Shown: in pieces, positions 47,231 to 58,400 of the stretch
Layout of the letters: each line of letters starts with the position of its first letter
How positions within the stretch are numbered: the first letter of the stretch is position 1
Origin: a virus
Strand: one strand, 5' to 3'
Length of the DNA stretch: 64,000 nt
Virus record (IMG/VR): IMGVR_UViG_3300025131_000005
Notes under the pieces: model-generated
What the model was told of the DNA's origin: nothing
The model's input: the letters and a program-made list of their open reading frames with translations, nothing else
The model's database searches: none
Made by a program: the position numbers and the translations under genes

Positions 47231-47250
47231 AGAAGTTATAAGGAGACTTC

Positions 47251-48342
47251 ATGGCAAAGAAAAATGGTAGATTAAACACATCAAAATTAATCGAGTTGAT
47301 TAATAAGAAAGCTGGAGAAACTTTGGCATATGACTTGACCAAAGATAACCCAACCGAAGTGAAGCAGTGGATTCCGACTGGCTCAACGTGGCTCAATAAG
47401 ATTATCTGTATTGGTAATACCAACGCTGGAATTCCTGTTGGTAAGGTCACAGAATTAGCTGGGCTAGAAAGCTCAGGTAAATCTTTTATGGCTGCTCAAA
47501 TTGCAGCAAACGCTCAAAAGATGGGATTTCAAGTTGTCTATTTCGATTCAGAGTCTGCTATCAGTCCTGGTTTTCTTGAGCAGGCAGGTTGTGATTTGGG
47601 GGGAGTGGCTTACGTTCAAGCTAAGTCTGTTGAATATGTTTTTGAAACTATGGAGGAACTTATCGGAGAGCTGGATGAAGGCGTCGTTTTTATTTGGGAC
47701 AGTGTTGCCCAAACCCCTACTCGCAAGATGTTAGATGAAGATTTTGATCCTCAGTCTTCTATCGGATATAAGGCGCGTCTTTTGTCTAAAGCTATGAAAA
47801 AGATAACGATTCCTTTAGCTAATAGTCAAAGTACCTTATTGGCTCTCAATCAATTGAAGACGAACATTACTACTGATAGAGCCTCGTTATTAACAGAACC
47901 ATATGTGACTCCTGGAGGTAAAGCACTCCCTTATTCATATTCTCTCCGTATATGGCTTACAGCTCGTAAAGCAAAGGCATCGTATGTAACAAATGTACAT
48001 GGATATAAAGTCGGATCTGAAGTAAAGGCACGCATCAAAAAATCACGTTTTGGATCCTTGGGAAGAGAATGCACCTTCAAAATTCTTTGGGGCAATGATG
48101 TTGGAATTCAAGATGAAGAAAGTTGGTTTGATGCCATTCAGCCATCTGAAAATTTACAACGCAACGGTGCATGGTATACATTAATGTATGACGATGGAAC
48201 TTCTGAGAAATTTCAGTTTACCAAGTGGGATGAAAAGATGAAGAACAAGAAGTTTAAGAATCGAGTATTAGAAATAATGGATGAGGTAGTGGTTCAAAGT
48301 TGGCATGCCTTAGAAGAAAATATTTCTAGTGTCGTTGAATAG
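47251..48342 (+). CDS. recA: RecA/UvsX recombinase
   Basis: WIPTGS, GIPVGKVTELAGLESSGKS, IWDSVA, ARLLSKAM, NQL, TPGGKALPY, KSRFG. Confidence 0.95.
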   Translation: MAKKNGRLNTSKLIELINKKAGETLAYDLTKDNPTEVKQWIPTGSTWLNKIICIGNTNAGIPVGKVTELAGLESSGKSFMAAQIAANAQKMGFQVVYFDSESAISPGFLEQAGCDLGGVAYVQAKSVEYVFETMEELIGELDEGVVFIWDSVAQTPTRKMLDEDFDPQSSIGYKARLLSKAMKKITIPLANSQSTLLALNQLKTNITTDRASLLTEPYVTPGGKALPYSYSLRIWLTARKAKASYVTNVHGYKVGSEVKARIKKSRFGSLGRECTFKILWGNDVGIQDEESWFDAIQPSENLQRNGAWYTLMYDDGTSEKFQFTKWDEKMKNKKFKNRVLEIMDEVVVQSWHALEENISSVVE

Positions 48343-48365
48343 ATTGTGCTTACTATTTATACCAT

Positions 48366-48695
48366 ATGGAATTGAAGCACTTAATTAGAGAAGCTATTAG
48401 TGAATCGCTTTATGAAGCGAATATCATAATGAGATATGCTCGGGATGAAAATTTAACGTTAATTAATGATAAGTTGCGAGGGATTTGTGGTATCACAATT
48501 GTTGATGTATTTATCCCTACAAAAATAGTATCCAAACATGTTGATCTCGTTACTTTGAAAATTAAGTTCTTTTTGGGAAGACATGATCTACAACAACATA
48601 TGCATAAGATGTCAAATGAAGCTAGAAAGATTGAAGGTGTTTATTCTTTCATTCCCACCAGAGCCTCAAAGCTTAAAACCAAAAGTCATAAATAG
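48366..48695 (+). CDS. Hypothetical protein with leader-like N-terminus; late motif upstream
   Basis: MELKHLIREAISESLYE; ACTATTTA at 48352-59. Confidence 0.7.
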   Translation: MELKHLIREAISESLYEANIIMRYARDENLTLINDKLRGICGITIVDVFIPTKIVSKHVDLVTLKIKFFLGRHDLQQHMHKMSNEARKIEGVYSFIPTRASKLKTKSHK

Positions 48696-48703
48696 AGGTT
48701 AAA

Positions 48704-49672
48704 ATGTTAGTAAAAGGTCGTGTGTTGATCATCGATCAGCTCAATCTATTTTTACGTAATTACGTAATCAACCCATCTGAATCACAATGGGGTCCTATAG
48801 GCGGCGTCAAAGGCACCCTTCAATCCCTTCAGAAGCTTTGTAACGATATAAAGCCGGATTATATTGTGATTTGTTGGGACGGCGCAGGTGGTTCTCTCAA
48901 ACGCAAACAAATGAAGAAGGACTATAAAGAAGGGAGAGCACCTCTTCGTTTAAATCGTGCCTTCCGCGATCTCACTGAAGATGAAGAAAAGAAGAATAGA
49001 TTTTATCAAGAGATAAGAATGGTGGAATATTTTAACCAAATGCCTGTTATCCAACTTCGTTTTGACAATGTTGAAGCTGATGATATCGTCGCTTATGTTT
49101 CAAACTTACCTGAACTTGAAGAATGTGAAAAGGTGATTGTTTCAAATGATAAGGATTTTTTCCAACTTGTAACTGGCAAAACTGTATTAATGCGCCCTGT
49201 AGAAAAAAGTCGAGTATATAATACAAATGCAGTTCTTAATCAATATAGTATTCATCCCCATAATTTTGCTCTTGCAAAAACGATGATTGGAGATAAGAGT
49301 GACAATCTTCCAGGAATCTCAGGCGTAGGCGAGGGAAGAATCAAGAAGGATTTTCCTCAATTTATTAATGAAGAACAAATTACGATTGATGAATTGTTAG
49401 ATTATTGTCGTGAAAAATACGAAGAAAATAATAAACGAAAATTATGGAAAGAAGTTATTGACAACGAAGACGTAGTTAGGTTAAACTATAAAATGATGCA
49501 ACTTTATGCTCCACAATTATCTTTGGATCACAAAAAAGAAATTCGAGAGACTTTGGAGAATCCCGATTTAACTTTTGATAAAATGGAAGTTCTCAGGATG
49601 ATGATGAAAGATGAATTTGCACAAGTAAGTTTCTCAGGGCTTTTTCAAGCTTTTAAGAGAATGTCACAATAA
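48704..49672 (+). CDS. rnh: 5'-3' exonuclease / RNase H (T4 rnh, FEN family)
   Basis: IID.LN.F.R, CWDG, EADD, SNDKDF.QL, GDKSDNLPG. Confidence 0.92.
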   Translation: MLVKGRVLIIDQLNLFLRNYVINPSESQWGPIGGVKGTLQSLQKLCNDIKPDYIVICWDGAGGSLKRKQMKKDYKEGRAPLRLNRAFRDLTEDEEKKNRFYQEIRMVEYFNQMPVIQLRFDNVEADDIVAYVSNLPELEECEKVIVSNDKDFFQLVTGKTVLMRPVEKSRVYNTNAVLNQYSIHPHNFALAKTMIGDKSDNLPGISGVGEGRIKKDFPQFINEEQITIDELLDYCREKYEENNKRKLWKEVIDNEDVVRLNYKMMQLYAPQLSLDHKKEIRETLENPDLTFDKMEVLRMMMKDEFAQVSFSGLFQAFKRMSQ

Positions 49673-49682
49673 AGAGGGTTTT

Positions 49683-51041
49683 ATGACTGAGGGTATGGAT
49701 TTTTCCAAATATGGAAAAGCGTTTCAAGAATCTCTAGCTCAAATAATATTTGAGGATCGTCCTTTCTGCGATCAGATAGAGGAGGTAATGGATGTAAGCT
49801 TTTTTGAATTAAAATATTTGAGAGCTTTCATGGGATTAATTCTGAATTATCGGCAGCAATATGGGGTGCACCCGTCATCCAATATTATTGCTTCGATTTT
49901 GAGAACAGAGATGGATGATTTATCTCCAGCGCTTCAAAAACAGGTAAGAGATTTTTATGTACGTGTCGAGGCCCGTGACGTGAGCGACAGGGAGTATATC
50001 AAGGACACAAGTTTAGATTTTTGTAAGAAACAGAAACTTAAAGAGGCTCTTATACAATCTGTGGATCTTATAAAAAGTTCCTCATATGATGAAGTTAAAC
50101 AAGTGATTGACGAAGCTTTAAAGCTTGGACTAGATGCTGATTATGGTCATGATTTTATAAAAGATTTTGAGGCACGCTATGAAATAAAAGCAAGAAATCC
50201 AATATCGACAGGGTGGGACAAGATCGATCAATTAACTAAAAATGGTATAGGAAGCGGGGAGTTAGGAGTAGTGATTGCTCCTACGGGCGCAGGCAAATCC
50301 ATGGCTTTATCTCATTTGGGCGCGACTGCCGTAAAGAATGGCAAAAATGTAGTACATTATACTTTAGAATTATCCGAAGCATTAACGGGACAACGATATG
50401 ATAGCTGTATTAGTGGAGTACCCCTAACCCAGCTTTTTGAAAGAAAAGATGAAGTATTAGAGGATATCGTAGATATCCCAGGTTCATTGGTGATTAAAGA
50501 ATACCCCACTCGAAGTGCGAGTAGTGTGACCATACGCAGGCATTTAGAAAAATTAAAAAAACAAAATCGGAAAATCGATATGATTATAGTAGATTACGCT
50601 GATTTGCTCAAACCCCAGAAAAATTATAAAGAGAAACGCAATGAATTGGAATCTATTTATGAAGACTTACGTGCAATTGCGCAAGAGTTTTATTGTCCTA
50701 TATGGACAGCATCTCAAACGAATCGTTCTGGATTAAATGCAGAAGTGGTGACTATGGAATCAATTTCGGAAGCTTTTAGTAAATGTTTTGTCGCAGATTT
50801 TATTTGTTCTATATCGAGAACAATTAAGGATAAGAATAGTAATCAAGCCCGAATGTTTATCGCCAAAAACCGCCACGGACCAGATGGATTAGTTTTTTCA
50901 ATGCACATGGATGCAGCATGTGTCAAATTACAAGTGATTGATAAACATCAGATTGGCGACATATTGCCAGCTTCAAGCCCTGCTGATTTAGCTCAAAAGC
51001 TTCGCGATAAATATAAACAACAAAGAATACAAGGAGGATAG
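49683..51041 (+). CDS. dnaB: Replicative DnaB-like helicase (gp41-like)
   Basis: ISTGW..ID, IAPTGAGKS, HYTLEL, IIVDYADLL, WTASQTNR, KNRHGPDG. Confidence 0.94.
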   Translation: MTEGMDFSKYGKAFQESLAQIIFEDRPFCDQIEEVMDVSFFELKYLRAFMGLILNYRQQYGVHPSSNIIASILRTEMDDLSPALQKQVRDFYVRVEARDVSDREYIKDTSLDFCKKQKLKEALIQSVDLIKSSSYDEVKQVIDEALKLGLDADYGHDFIKDFEARYEIKARNPISTGWDKIDQLTKNGIGSGELGVVIAPTGAGKSMALSHLGATAVKNGKNVVHYTLELSEALTGQRYDSCISGVPLTQLFERKDEVLEDIVDIPGSLVIKEYPTRSASSVTIRRHLEKLKKQNRKIDMIIVDYADLLKPQKNYKEKRNELESIYEDLRAIAQEFYCPIWTASQTNRSGLNAEVVTMESISEAFSKCFVADFICSISRTIKDKNSNQARMFIAKNRHGPDGLVFSMHMDAACVKLQVIDKHQIGDILPASSPADLAQKLRDKYKQQRIQGG

Positions 51042-51043
51042 CA

Positions 51044-52903
51044 TTGATGGAGATATCATCTAAAATTTTGTCAGATATTACAGTTCATATGAAATATGCC
51101 AGATACCTAGAGAAAGAGAAGAGAAGGGAGACTTGGGAAGAAATAGTAACCCGCAATAAGGAAATGCATAAGAAAAAATATCCAGAATTGGGTGAAGAAA
51201 TAGAAAAAGCCTATACTTATGTCTATGCCAAAAAAATCCTACCCTCTATGCGATCTATGCAATTCGGTGGTAAACCAATTGAAGTCGCTCCTAACCGCAT
51301 TTATAATTGCGCTTTTCTTCCTGTGGATGATTGGCTTAGCTTTCCTGAAACTATGTTCCTCTTACTTGGGGGAACGGGCGTCGGATTTTCTGTCCAAAAA
51401 CACCACGTGGAAAAACTTCCAGAAATTCTTAAGCCGCCAGGTAAACGCACTAAGAGGTTTTTGGTGGCGGATTCGATCGAGGGGTGGGCCGACGCAATCA
51501 AAGGATTGATGAAGAGTTACTTTTTTGGATCCACTAGACCACGTTTTGATTTTTCTGATATCCGTCCGAAGGGCACCAAACTAGTTACCAGTGGGGGAAA
51601 AGCCCCCGGTTCCCAACCTTTAAGAGAATGTCTTGTCAAGGTTGAGGGGATTTTGCAGCAAAAGGAGAATGGTGATAAATTACGTCCTATCGAAGTCCAT
51701 GATATTGTTTGTTATATTGCTGACGCTGTTCTTGCCGGGGGCATTCGTCGCGCTGCTCTTATATCATTGTTTTCAGCCGACGATGAAGAGATGTTGGCAG
51801 CCAAAGCAGGAAATTGGTGGGAAGAAAATCCCCAACGCGGAAGAGCAAATAATTCAGTAGTTCTCTTACGTCATCGTATTTCTAGAGAATATTTTATGGA
51901 TCTTTGGGAAAGAGTGAAAGCTTCCGGATGTGGGGAGCCAGGATTTTATTTTAGCAATGACAAAGATTGGGGAACAAATCCCTGCTGTGAAATTGCCCTG
52001 CGTCCTTATCAGTTTTGTAACTTGACGGAGGTGAATACTTCTGATTTAGAAACCCAAGAGGAATATAATGATAGAGTAAGGACAGCATCTTTTATTGGCA
52101 CACTACAGGCGGGTTATACAGATTTTCATTATCTCCGTGATGTATGGCAAAAGCAAACCGAGAAAGAAGCATTGATAGGTGTTTCCATGACTGGTATTGC
52201 ATCAGAAAAAGTTTTGGGATTAGATATGACAAAAGCCGCGCAGGCAGTCAAAAGAGAAAACGCTAGGATAGCGAAAATAATTGGTATCAAATCCGCAGCT
52301 CGTTGTACAACTGTAAAGCCTGCAGGCACCACTTCCTTAGCTCTTGGAACTTCAAGTGGAATACATCCATGGCACAGCGAACATTATATTAGAAGAATTC
52401 GTGTTGGGAAAAATGAATCAATTTATACATATTTGCTCATTCATCATCCGGAATTGGTTGAAGACGAATATTTTCGCCCTTATGATACTGCAGTAATCAG
52501 TGTACCTCAAAAAGCTCCAGATGGTGCGATAACACGCAAGGAGAGCGCCCTGCAACTTCTAAAGAGGATTAAGAGGGTTACTAAAGAATGGGTTGAACCA
52601 GGCACCCGTCGAGGTCAAAATACGCATAATATTTCTGCCACCCTTTCAATTAGAAACGATGAGTGGATAGATGTTGGCGATTGGATGTGGGAAAATCGTG
52701 ATTGTTATAATGGATTATCTGTTTTGCCTTATGATGAACATATTTATAAGCAAGCTCCTTTTGAAGAATGTTCAAAAGAAAGATATCAGGTATTATATGA
52801 TACTTTACAAGAAGTTGATTTAACGCAAATTGCTGAATTTGAAGATAACACAGATTTGCAGGGAGAACTAGCATGTTCGGGTGGAAGTTGCGAACTAACT
52901 TAG
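51044..52903 (+). CDS. nrdJ: Class II (B12-dependent) ribonucleotide reductase
   Basis: YNC, GTGVGFS, RRAA.I, TNPCCEI, CNL, TTVKPAGTTS, C-terminal ACSGGSCEL. No beta subunit adjacent. Confidence 0.9.
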   Translation: MMEISSKILSDITVHMKYARYLEKEKRRETWEEIVTRNKEMHKKKYPELGEEIEKAYTYVYAKKILPSMRSMQFGGKPIEVAPNRIYNCAFLPVDDWLSFPETMFLLLGGTGVGFSVQKHHVEKLPEILKPPGKRTKRFLVADSIEGWADAIKGLMKSYFFGSTRPRFDFSDIRPKGTKLVTSGGKAPGSQPLRECLVKVEGILQQKENGDKLRPIEVHDIVCYIADAVLAGGIRRAALISLFSADDEEMLAAKAGNWWEENPQRGRANNSVVLLRHRISREYFMDLWERVKASGCGEPGFYFSNDKDWGTNPCCEIALRPYQFCNLTEVNTSDLETQEEYNDRVRTASFIGTLQAGYTDFHYLRDVWQKQTEKEALIGVSMTGIASEKVLGLDMTKAAQAVKRENARIAKIIGIKSAARCTTVKPAGTTSLALGTSSGIHPWHSEHYIRRIRVGKNESIYTYLLIHHPELVEDEYFRPYDTAVISVPQKAPDGAITRKESALQLLKRIKRVTKEWVEPGTRRGQNTHNISATLSIRNDEWIDVGDWMWENRDCYNGLSVLPYDEHIYKQAPFEECSKERYQVLYDTLQEVDLTQIAEFEDNTDLQGELACSGGSCELT

Positions 52904-52906
52904 TAC

Positions 52907-52934
52907 TTGACTTTTTCATGAATGTGACTATAAT
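52907..52934 (+). promoter_or_regulatory. sigma70-type promoter
   Basis: TTGACT (52907-12), 16 nt spacer, TATAAT (52929-34). Confidence 0.7.
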
Positions 52935-52955
52935 ACAGATAATAAGGAGGACGTA

Positions 52956-53198
52956 ATGTCTAATAATACTAAAGATGATTATATCATTGAATACATAAAG
53001 GCTTTTGATACTGTTGAGAGGGAAATGGAACCCTTTAAAGATCATAAAAGAGATCTTAAGAAGAATTATATCGAAAACGGATGGCTTTCTAAAGAAGATA
53101 TCAGCCTAGCTGTAAAAGCATATCGAATGATAAAGCGTGGGGATAGCATTGATAATTTTATTGATATGCATGACAATATCAAAAAGAGGATTATTTAG
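52956..53198 (+). CDS. Small helical protein, possibly DsbA/GapR-like dsDNA-binding
   Basis: 80 aa, AAGGAGG RBS. Coiled coil, then DLKKNY...GWLSKEDISLAVKAYR; the family call is tentative. Confidence 0.5.
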   Translation: MSNNTKDDYIIEYIKAFDTVEREMEPFKDHKRDLKKNYIENGWLSKEDISLAVKAYRMIKRGDSIDNFIDMHDNIKKRII

Positions 53199-53206
53199 GA
53201 GAAAAT

Positions 53207-53488
53207 ATGTTTTTGAGACCTTGTAATAGATATCTTGTAGTTGAGCCCATAGAAGAAGATCAACTAGAAGATAATCCAAGAATATTATTGCCTGATGATT
53301 ATAAACAGTCCAATCCATTTGGAATAGGAAGAATTGTTGGTCGAGCAACCGATTGCAGTGTAGAGGCATTTGAGGGGGAAATAATCACTTTTTCTAGCAA
53401 TATGTTAGAAAAGATATCAATAAATGGTGAAAACTTCTCTTTGCTTTTAGAGAACTATGTATTGGGAATTTTAAGCGAAATAGAATAA
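53207..53488 (+). CDS. groES: Co-chaperonin GroES-like
   Basis: LRPCNRYLVVEP, ILLPD, GRIVG, size 93 aa, C-terminal YVLGIL. Confidence 0.8.
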   Translation: MFLRPCNRYLVVEPIEEDQLEDNPRILLPDDYKQSNPFGIGRIVGRATDCSVEAFEGEIITFSSNMLEKISINGENFSLLLENYVLGILSEIE

Positions 53489-53507
53489 TGGTGCTTAGTA
53501 AAAGTTT

Positions 53508-54239
53508 ATGGTTGTAGATTTTGAATGGGATAGTATAGCTATAGGAACGTCGCTGGGTGCGATGGAATCTGCTTTTGAAAGTGGCTCTCCTGTCTTATTT
53601 AACAGGGAGCCATATTTTTTTGAATTTGAAGAGTCAGATGATGGGGAGTCCAAAAAGAAAAAATGGCAACGCTTGGCATCTGCTATTGCCATACGAGGCT
53701 TGAATCCTTTCGGAAATAAAATAACTTCTATTAGAATTAATGATGGTTATTTAGAAGTAATATGCAGTACTAAAAAATATAAAGTATCTTATAATAAGAT
53801 TATATTTTTTGATGATGAAAACATAGAGAATTTTCCATTTGAACGATTGAAATATAATAAATACAATATATATGATTGGTTCATTGTACGATCTGGTGCT
53901 TCCCATGAATATAATTTTTTGGAAGGAACCGACTCTTTCGTGAAGAAAATTTATTTCTTCAGCAAAATCAATCTTCCTAAATATAAAGACTGTGTTTCTC
54001 ACTCTATTGTCGAGAAAGATAATATGGAGAATTTTGATTTCTCTCCCACAATGACAAGAATGAAAACAATAAATATGATGAAAGAAGCCGGAGTAAAAGG
54101 AACACAGCATACTCGGACTTATCGTTATCCCATCAAATTAGAGTTTATAAGACGCGAAGTATCTAGAATTAAAGAAGAAATCTTTAAAGAGAATGGTATA
54201 TATATTTTAGATACCAGAGAATCGAAGGATATTAAATAG
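53508..54239 (+). CDS. Hypothetical protein with degenerate Rossmann-like N-terminus
   Basis: WDSIAIGTSLGAMESAF resembles D..viG.G..G. Confidence 0.6.
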   Translation: MVVDFEWDSIAIGTSLGAMESAFESGSPVLFNREPYFFEFEESDDGESKKKKWQRLASAIAIRGLNPFGNKITSIRINDGYLEVICSTKKYKVSYNKIIFFDDENIENFPFERLKYNKYNIYDWFIVRSGASHEYNFLEGTDSFVKKIYFFSKINLPKYKDCVSHSIVEKDNMENFDFSPTMTRMKTINMMKEAGVKGTQHTRTYRYPIKLEFIRREVSRIKEEIFKENGIYILDTRESKDIK

Positions 54240-54241
54240 AA

Positions 54242-55102
54242 ATGGGTTTTCATTTGGCCGGTATTATTCCTATCGCTGGTCCAAAATTAGATTTTAATTT
54301 TCCATGGCACGACTGTATGATGCCCATAGGAAGGGATTACTTGTCCATAGAACGCGCCGTATTGGAATGTGCATATGCGGGGTGCGAAACGATCTGGATC
54401 GTCTGTAACGACGATATGCAGCCACTTATAAGATATAGGTTAGGCGACTATGTGAATGATCCCGTTTGGGTTTATAGACATTATGAACGAGATAAGAGCG
54501 AGAAAAAGAAACTAATCCCTATTCAGTATGTTCCCGTGCACCCAAGAGATAGAAACAAGAGAGATTGTTATGGGTGGTCAATTCTTTATGGCGCAAAGAT
54601 TGCCGACAAAATCAGCAAAGGTCTAAGTACATGGGTTCGCCCAGATCGTTTTTACGTTGCTTTTCCATATGGTATTTATCCACATTGGCACCCACGATCC
54701 CATCGCCCAGAAATTTCTGCACCCAAAGAACAGAAAGTATTATATCGCTTTAATGACAAAACAATAATGGATGGAGAATATCTTGGGTTTACATTCAACC
54801 ATTCAGACTTAGAACAATTTATGGCCGAGGTCAAAGAAAAATCCAGTGGACTCTTTAAGACGAATACAAGAGAAAGATTACCAATTGGTGAAAGATATTC
54901 TTATAGATTTTTTACATTAGATAAGATTTTTGATACATTAAAAACTGATAATGTAATTTTTATTGATGTCGAAAGATATTACAGAATCGATTCTTGGGAT
55001 TTATATAGTGATTACATGGAGAAAGAAGCTAAAACATTTTATCCTATCCCGCGAAGTTTGATCAATAGTTCAGAATTTAATCCTATAGGAATCGATGACT
55101 AG
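54242..55102 (+). CDS. Divergent nucleotidyltransferase-family protein
   Basis: AGIIPIAG...MMPIG...IERAVLECAYAGCETIWIV resembles the NTP_transferase N-terminus. Confidence 0.6.
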   Translation: MGFHLAGIIPIAGPKLDFNFPWHDCMMPIGRDYLSIERAVLECAYAGCETIWIVCNDDMQPLIRYRLGDYVNDPVWVYRHYERDKSEKKKLIPIQYVPVHPRDRNKRDCYGWSILYGAKIADKISKGLSTWVRPDRFYVAFPYGIYPHWHPRSHRPEISAPKEQKVLYRFNDKTIMDGEYLGFTFNHSDLEQFMAEVKEKSSGLFKTNTRERLPIGERYSYRFFTLDKIFDTLKTDNVIFIDVERYYRIDSWDLYSDYMEKEAKTFYPIPRSLINSSEFNPIGIDD

Positions 55103-55188
55103 AGAGATAATTTTATGCCAGGAGCGAAGAGACGAACTATTTAAAACGATACGAATTCCAAAACGTATCTTTATAGGAGAAACAAAGA

Positions 55189-55422
55189 ATGGATACAATT
55201 AACAAAGCTTTTGAACTGGTAAGCGGGGCGGTAGGACAACTCACAGAGTTGCTTTTACTGACCTTGGCGCTTGCAATTGTCGGCCAGGTACTTTATGGTG
55301 CACCCGTCTTAGGAATGGATGTCGTAGGGAATGTCGTCGGCGTAGTTAAATCTCTCGGAGATGCAGGTTTTGTCGGCTTGCTGGCAATCATCCTTTTGGG
55401 GGGCATTCTATTAAAAAAGTGA
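55189..55422 (+). CDS. Small two-helix membrane protein
   Basis: Hydrophobic 77 aa; ACTATTTA at 55136-43; AGGAG RBS. Confidence 0.7.
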   Translation: MDTINKAFELVSGAVGQLTELLLLTLALAIVGQVLYGAPVLGMDVVGNVVGVVKSLGDAGFVGLLAIILLGGILLKK

Positions 55423-55431
55423 ATTAATTAG

Positions 55432-55460
55432 TTGATTTTTTATATCTCCGTTGTTATACT
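55432..55460 (+). promoter_or_regulatory. sigma70-type promoter for dnaE
   Basis: TTGATT, 17 nt spacer, TGtTATACT (TATACT at 55455-60). Confidence 0.6.
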
Positions 55461-55497
55461 AGTATGGCTTCGGAGATTTTTTTTAAGGAGAAAATAT

Positions 55498-58400
55498 ATG
55501 GAAAGAAGAAAATCCTCAATTCCTTTTGTAGGATTGCATGCACATAGCGTAGTAGGATCACCGTTTGATGCATTCGGATATCCCAAGGAGCATATGGATT
55601 ATGCATATGAAAATGGGTGTCATGCCTTGGCGCTAACTGATCATGGTAACATGAATGGGATGGCACATCAAGTATTGCATGCGAAAGAGATGCAGAGTGA
55701 AGGCAAAAATTTTAAGCCCATATTTGGAGTAGAGGCTTATTTTATACCATCGGTAAAAGAATGGAAAATGCTTTATGAGCAGACGAAAGAAGATAAGAAA
55801 GAAGCTAAAAAACTCCAAAAGAACGATGGCAAAATGACCACTGAAAATGAGGGAGATTCCAAAAAGAAGAATGATCCTCTTTATCGACGCAGACACCTGG
55901 TTCTGTTAGCCCAGAACCAAACAGGTCTCAACAATATATTCAAAATGATTTCTCTATCTCACCAGGGAGACAACTTTTACAGATATCCCAGACTTGACTA
56001 TGAGATCTTAAATGACCATAGTGAGGGGGTAATTGCTGCTTCTGCGTGTCTTGGGGGCATATACGCGGGTAACTACTGGGACAACCTTGAAAGCGGTCCT
56101 GACGCGATTCTGGAGGCAATGAGGGTAACCACTGAAAAAATGCAATCTATTTTTGGGGATCGTTGGTTTGGAGAACTTCAATGGAACAATATATTAGATC
56201 AACATAAACTCAATGAATATATTATACAAATGCATTATGAATATGGTGTTGAACTTATATCTACTGCTGATAGCCACTATCCAAACCCCGAAGCTTGGAA
56301 GGACAGAGAACTCTATAAACGATTAGGATATTTAAATCGACCCAAAAAACCTGAATGGATGTCACCGGGTCTACCAGAAAGTGTTGATGCCATTGGATAT
56401 GAACTTTATCCTAAAAATGGTGATCAAATATGGGAATCTTATGAAAAGTATTCTGAGGAAAAACAGATAGTATATGATGATAAATTGATTTATGATTCAA
56501 TTGTAAAAACGCACTGGATTGCTCATGAACTCATAGAAGATTTTTATCCAGATGACACAGTTCGTCTTCCTGGTTTTGTTATTCCAGAGGGAGAAAGTGC
56601 AACTGAAGCTCTGCAAAGGGCGGCGGTGTCGGGTTTACAAAAAATGAATCTCGATAAGGAGAAGAAATATTGTGAGAGGTTACAGCACGAACTCAACGTT
56701 ATTATAGACCGAGGGTTCTCTAAATACTTTCTTACGATGAAAGCTATAGCTGATAAAGCCACAGAACATATGTTGGCGGGGCCAGGGAGAGGGTCTGCTG
56801 CCGGTTCTCTAGTATCTTACGTTTTAGGTATCACGCAAGTGGATCCTATTAAATATGGATTATTGTTTAGTCGTTTTTTGAGAGCAGATGCAACTGATTA
56901 TCCAGATATCGATTATGATGTTAGTGATGCGTTTGGTCTTAAGGAAATATTAGCTGAAGAATGGGGAGATACAACTGTTGTACCTATTTCAAACTACAAT
57001 ACACTGCAACTCAAGTCTTTAATTAAAGATATTTCTAAGTTTTATGAAGTACCTTTCGCAGAAGTTAACATGGTGACCGGAAGAATGGTTAAGGAAGCTA
57101 CTCCGAAGGCAAAAGAAAAGAGAGGGATTAAAGCGGGACTCTATCTTCCTAAGTTCGAAGAAGTAATGGAATTTTCCGATAGTCTGCAAAATTTTTTAAT
57201 AAAATATCCTCATATCAAGACGCACATTGAGGCTCTTTATGGACAAGTACGTTCTATTAGTCGCCATGCGGGGGGTGTGGTTATTGGTGAAGATTTAGAT
57301 AGGCATATGCCGTTGATTCAAAGCGGCGGCGTAATACAGACGCCATGGGTGGAAAGCGGCACATTGGCTCATTTAGAACCATTAGGGTTTATTAAGTTTG
57401 ATCTCTTGGGGCTTTCGACATTAGAAATGATTGAGTCAGCAATTGCTCATGTGCTGAGAAGATATCATCAAGTAGAAAATCCTACATTTGAGGATGTTAA
57501 AGAGTACTATAAGAATAAGTTACATCCGGATAAAATTGATTTCAATGACACCGAAGTGTATACCAATATTTTCCAAAAGGGAAAGTTCATCGGAGTATTT
57601 CAGTTTACTAACACAGGTGCTCAAAGATTTTGCACAAGAGTAAAACCTACTAATATTATTGATATATCTGCTATTACTTCAATCTATAGACCGGGACCAT
57701 TAAGTGCTAATGTAGATCGATCTTACGTGGAGGCAAAAAGAAATCCCGATGAGATAGAGTATATTAATGAGTTGGTTAAAGAAGTGACAGAAGAGACTTC
57801 TGGCTTCATGATCTTTCAAGAACAAATTGCCCTTTTAGCTCACAAGTTAGGCAAGGATTTAACATTGGATGAGGGTAACAAGCTTCGTAAGCTATTGATG
57901 AAAAAGGGAGCAACCGGTAAAAAAACCCAAGAGACAACCAATATATATAATAAATTTATTGCCGGTTGTCTGGAGAAAAAGATTGATAAGTCAACTGCTG
58001 AAGAGCTATGGCGTAAGTTTGAATATTTCTCTGGTTATGGTTTTAATAAATCCCACGCGGTCTGTTATACAATACTCTCTTATCAATGTGCATGGCTCTT
58101 GAATTATTATCCTGAATGTTGGGTCGCCGCTTTTTTAGACAAAGAACCCGAAACTAGAAAAGAAGCAGCAATTGCTTTAGCAAAGCAGCATGGTTTTAAT
58201 ATACGCGATGTTGATATCAATACTTCATCGGGCACATATTGGGAAATCAGCAAAGATGGAAAAACTCTTATACAGTCTTTAAATTCTATCAAAGGTTTAG
58301 GAGAATCTGCTATTAAACAAATAATAGATAATCGTCCTTTTGAAAATGCTGAAGATTTATTATTTCGAGAAGGTATTGTATACTCAAAGTTTAATAAAAA

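Noticed and set aside
55115-55144. Micro-ORF MPGAKRRTI
   Set aside because: Nine codons, no RBS; it merely overlaps the late motif of the next gene.
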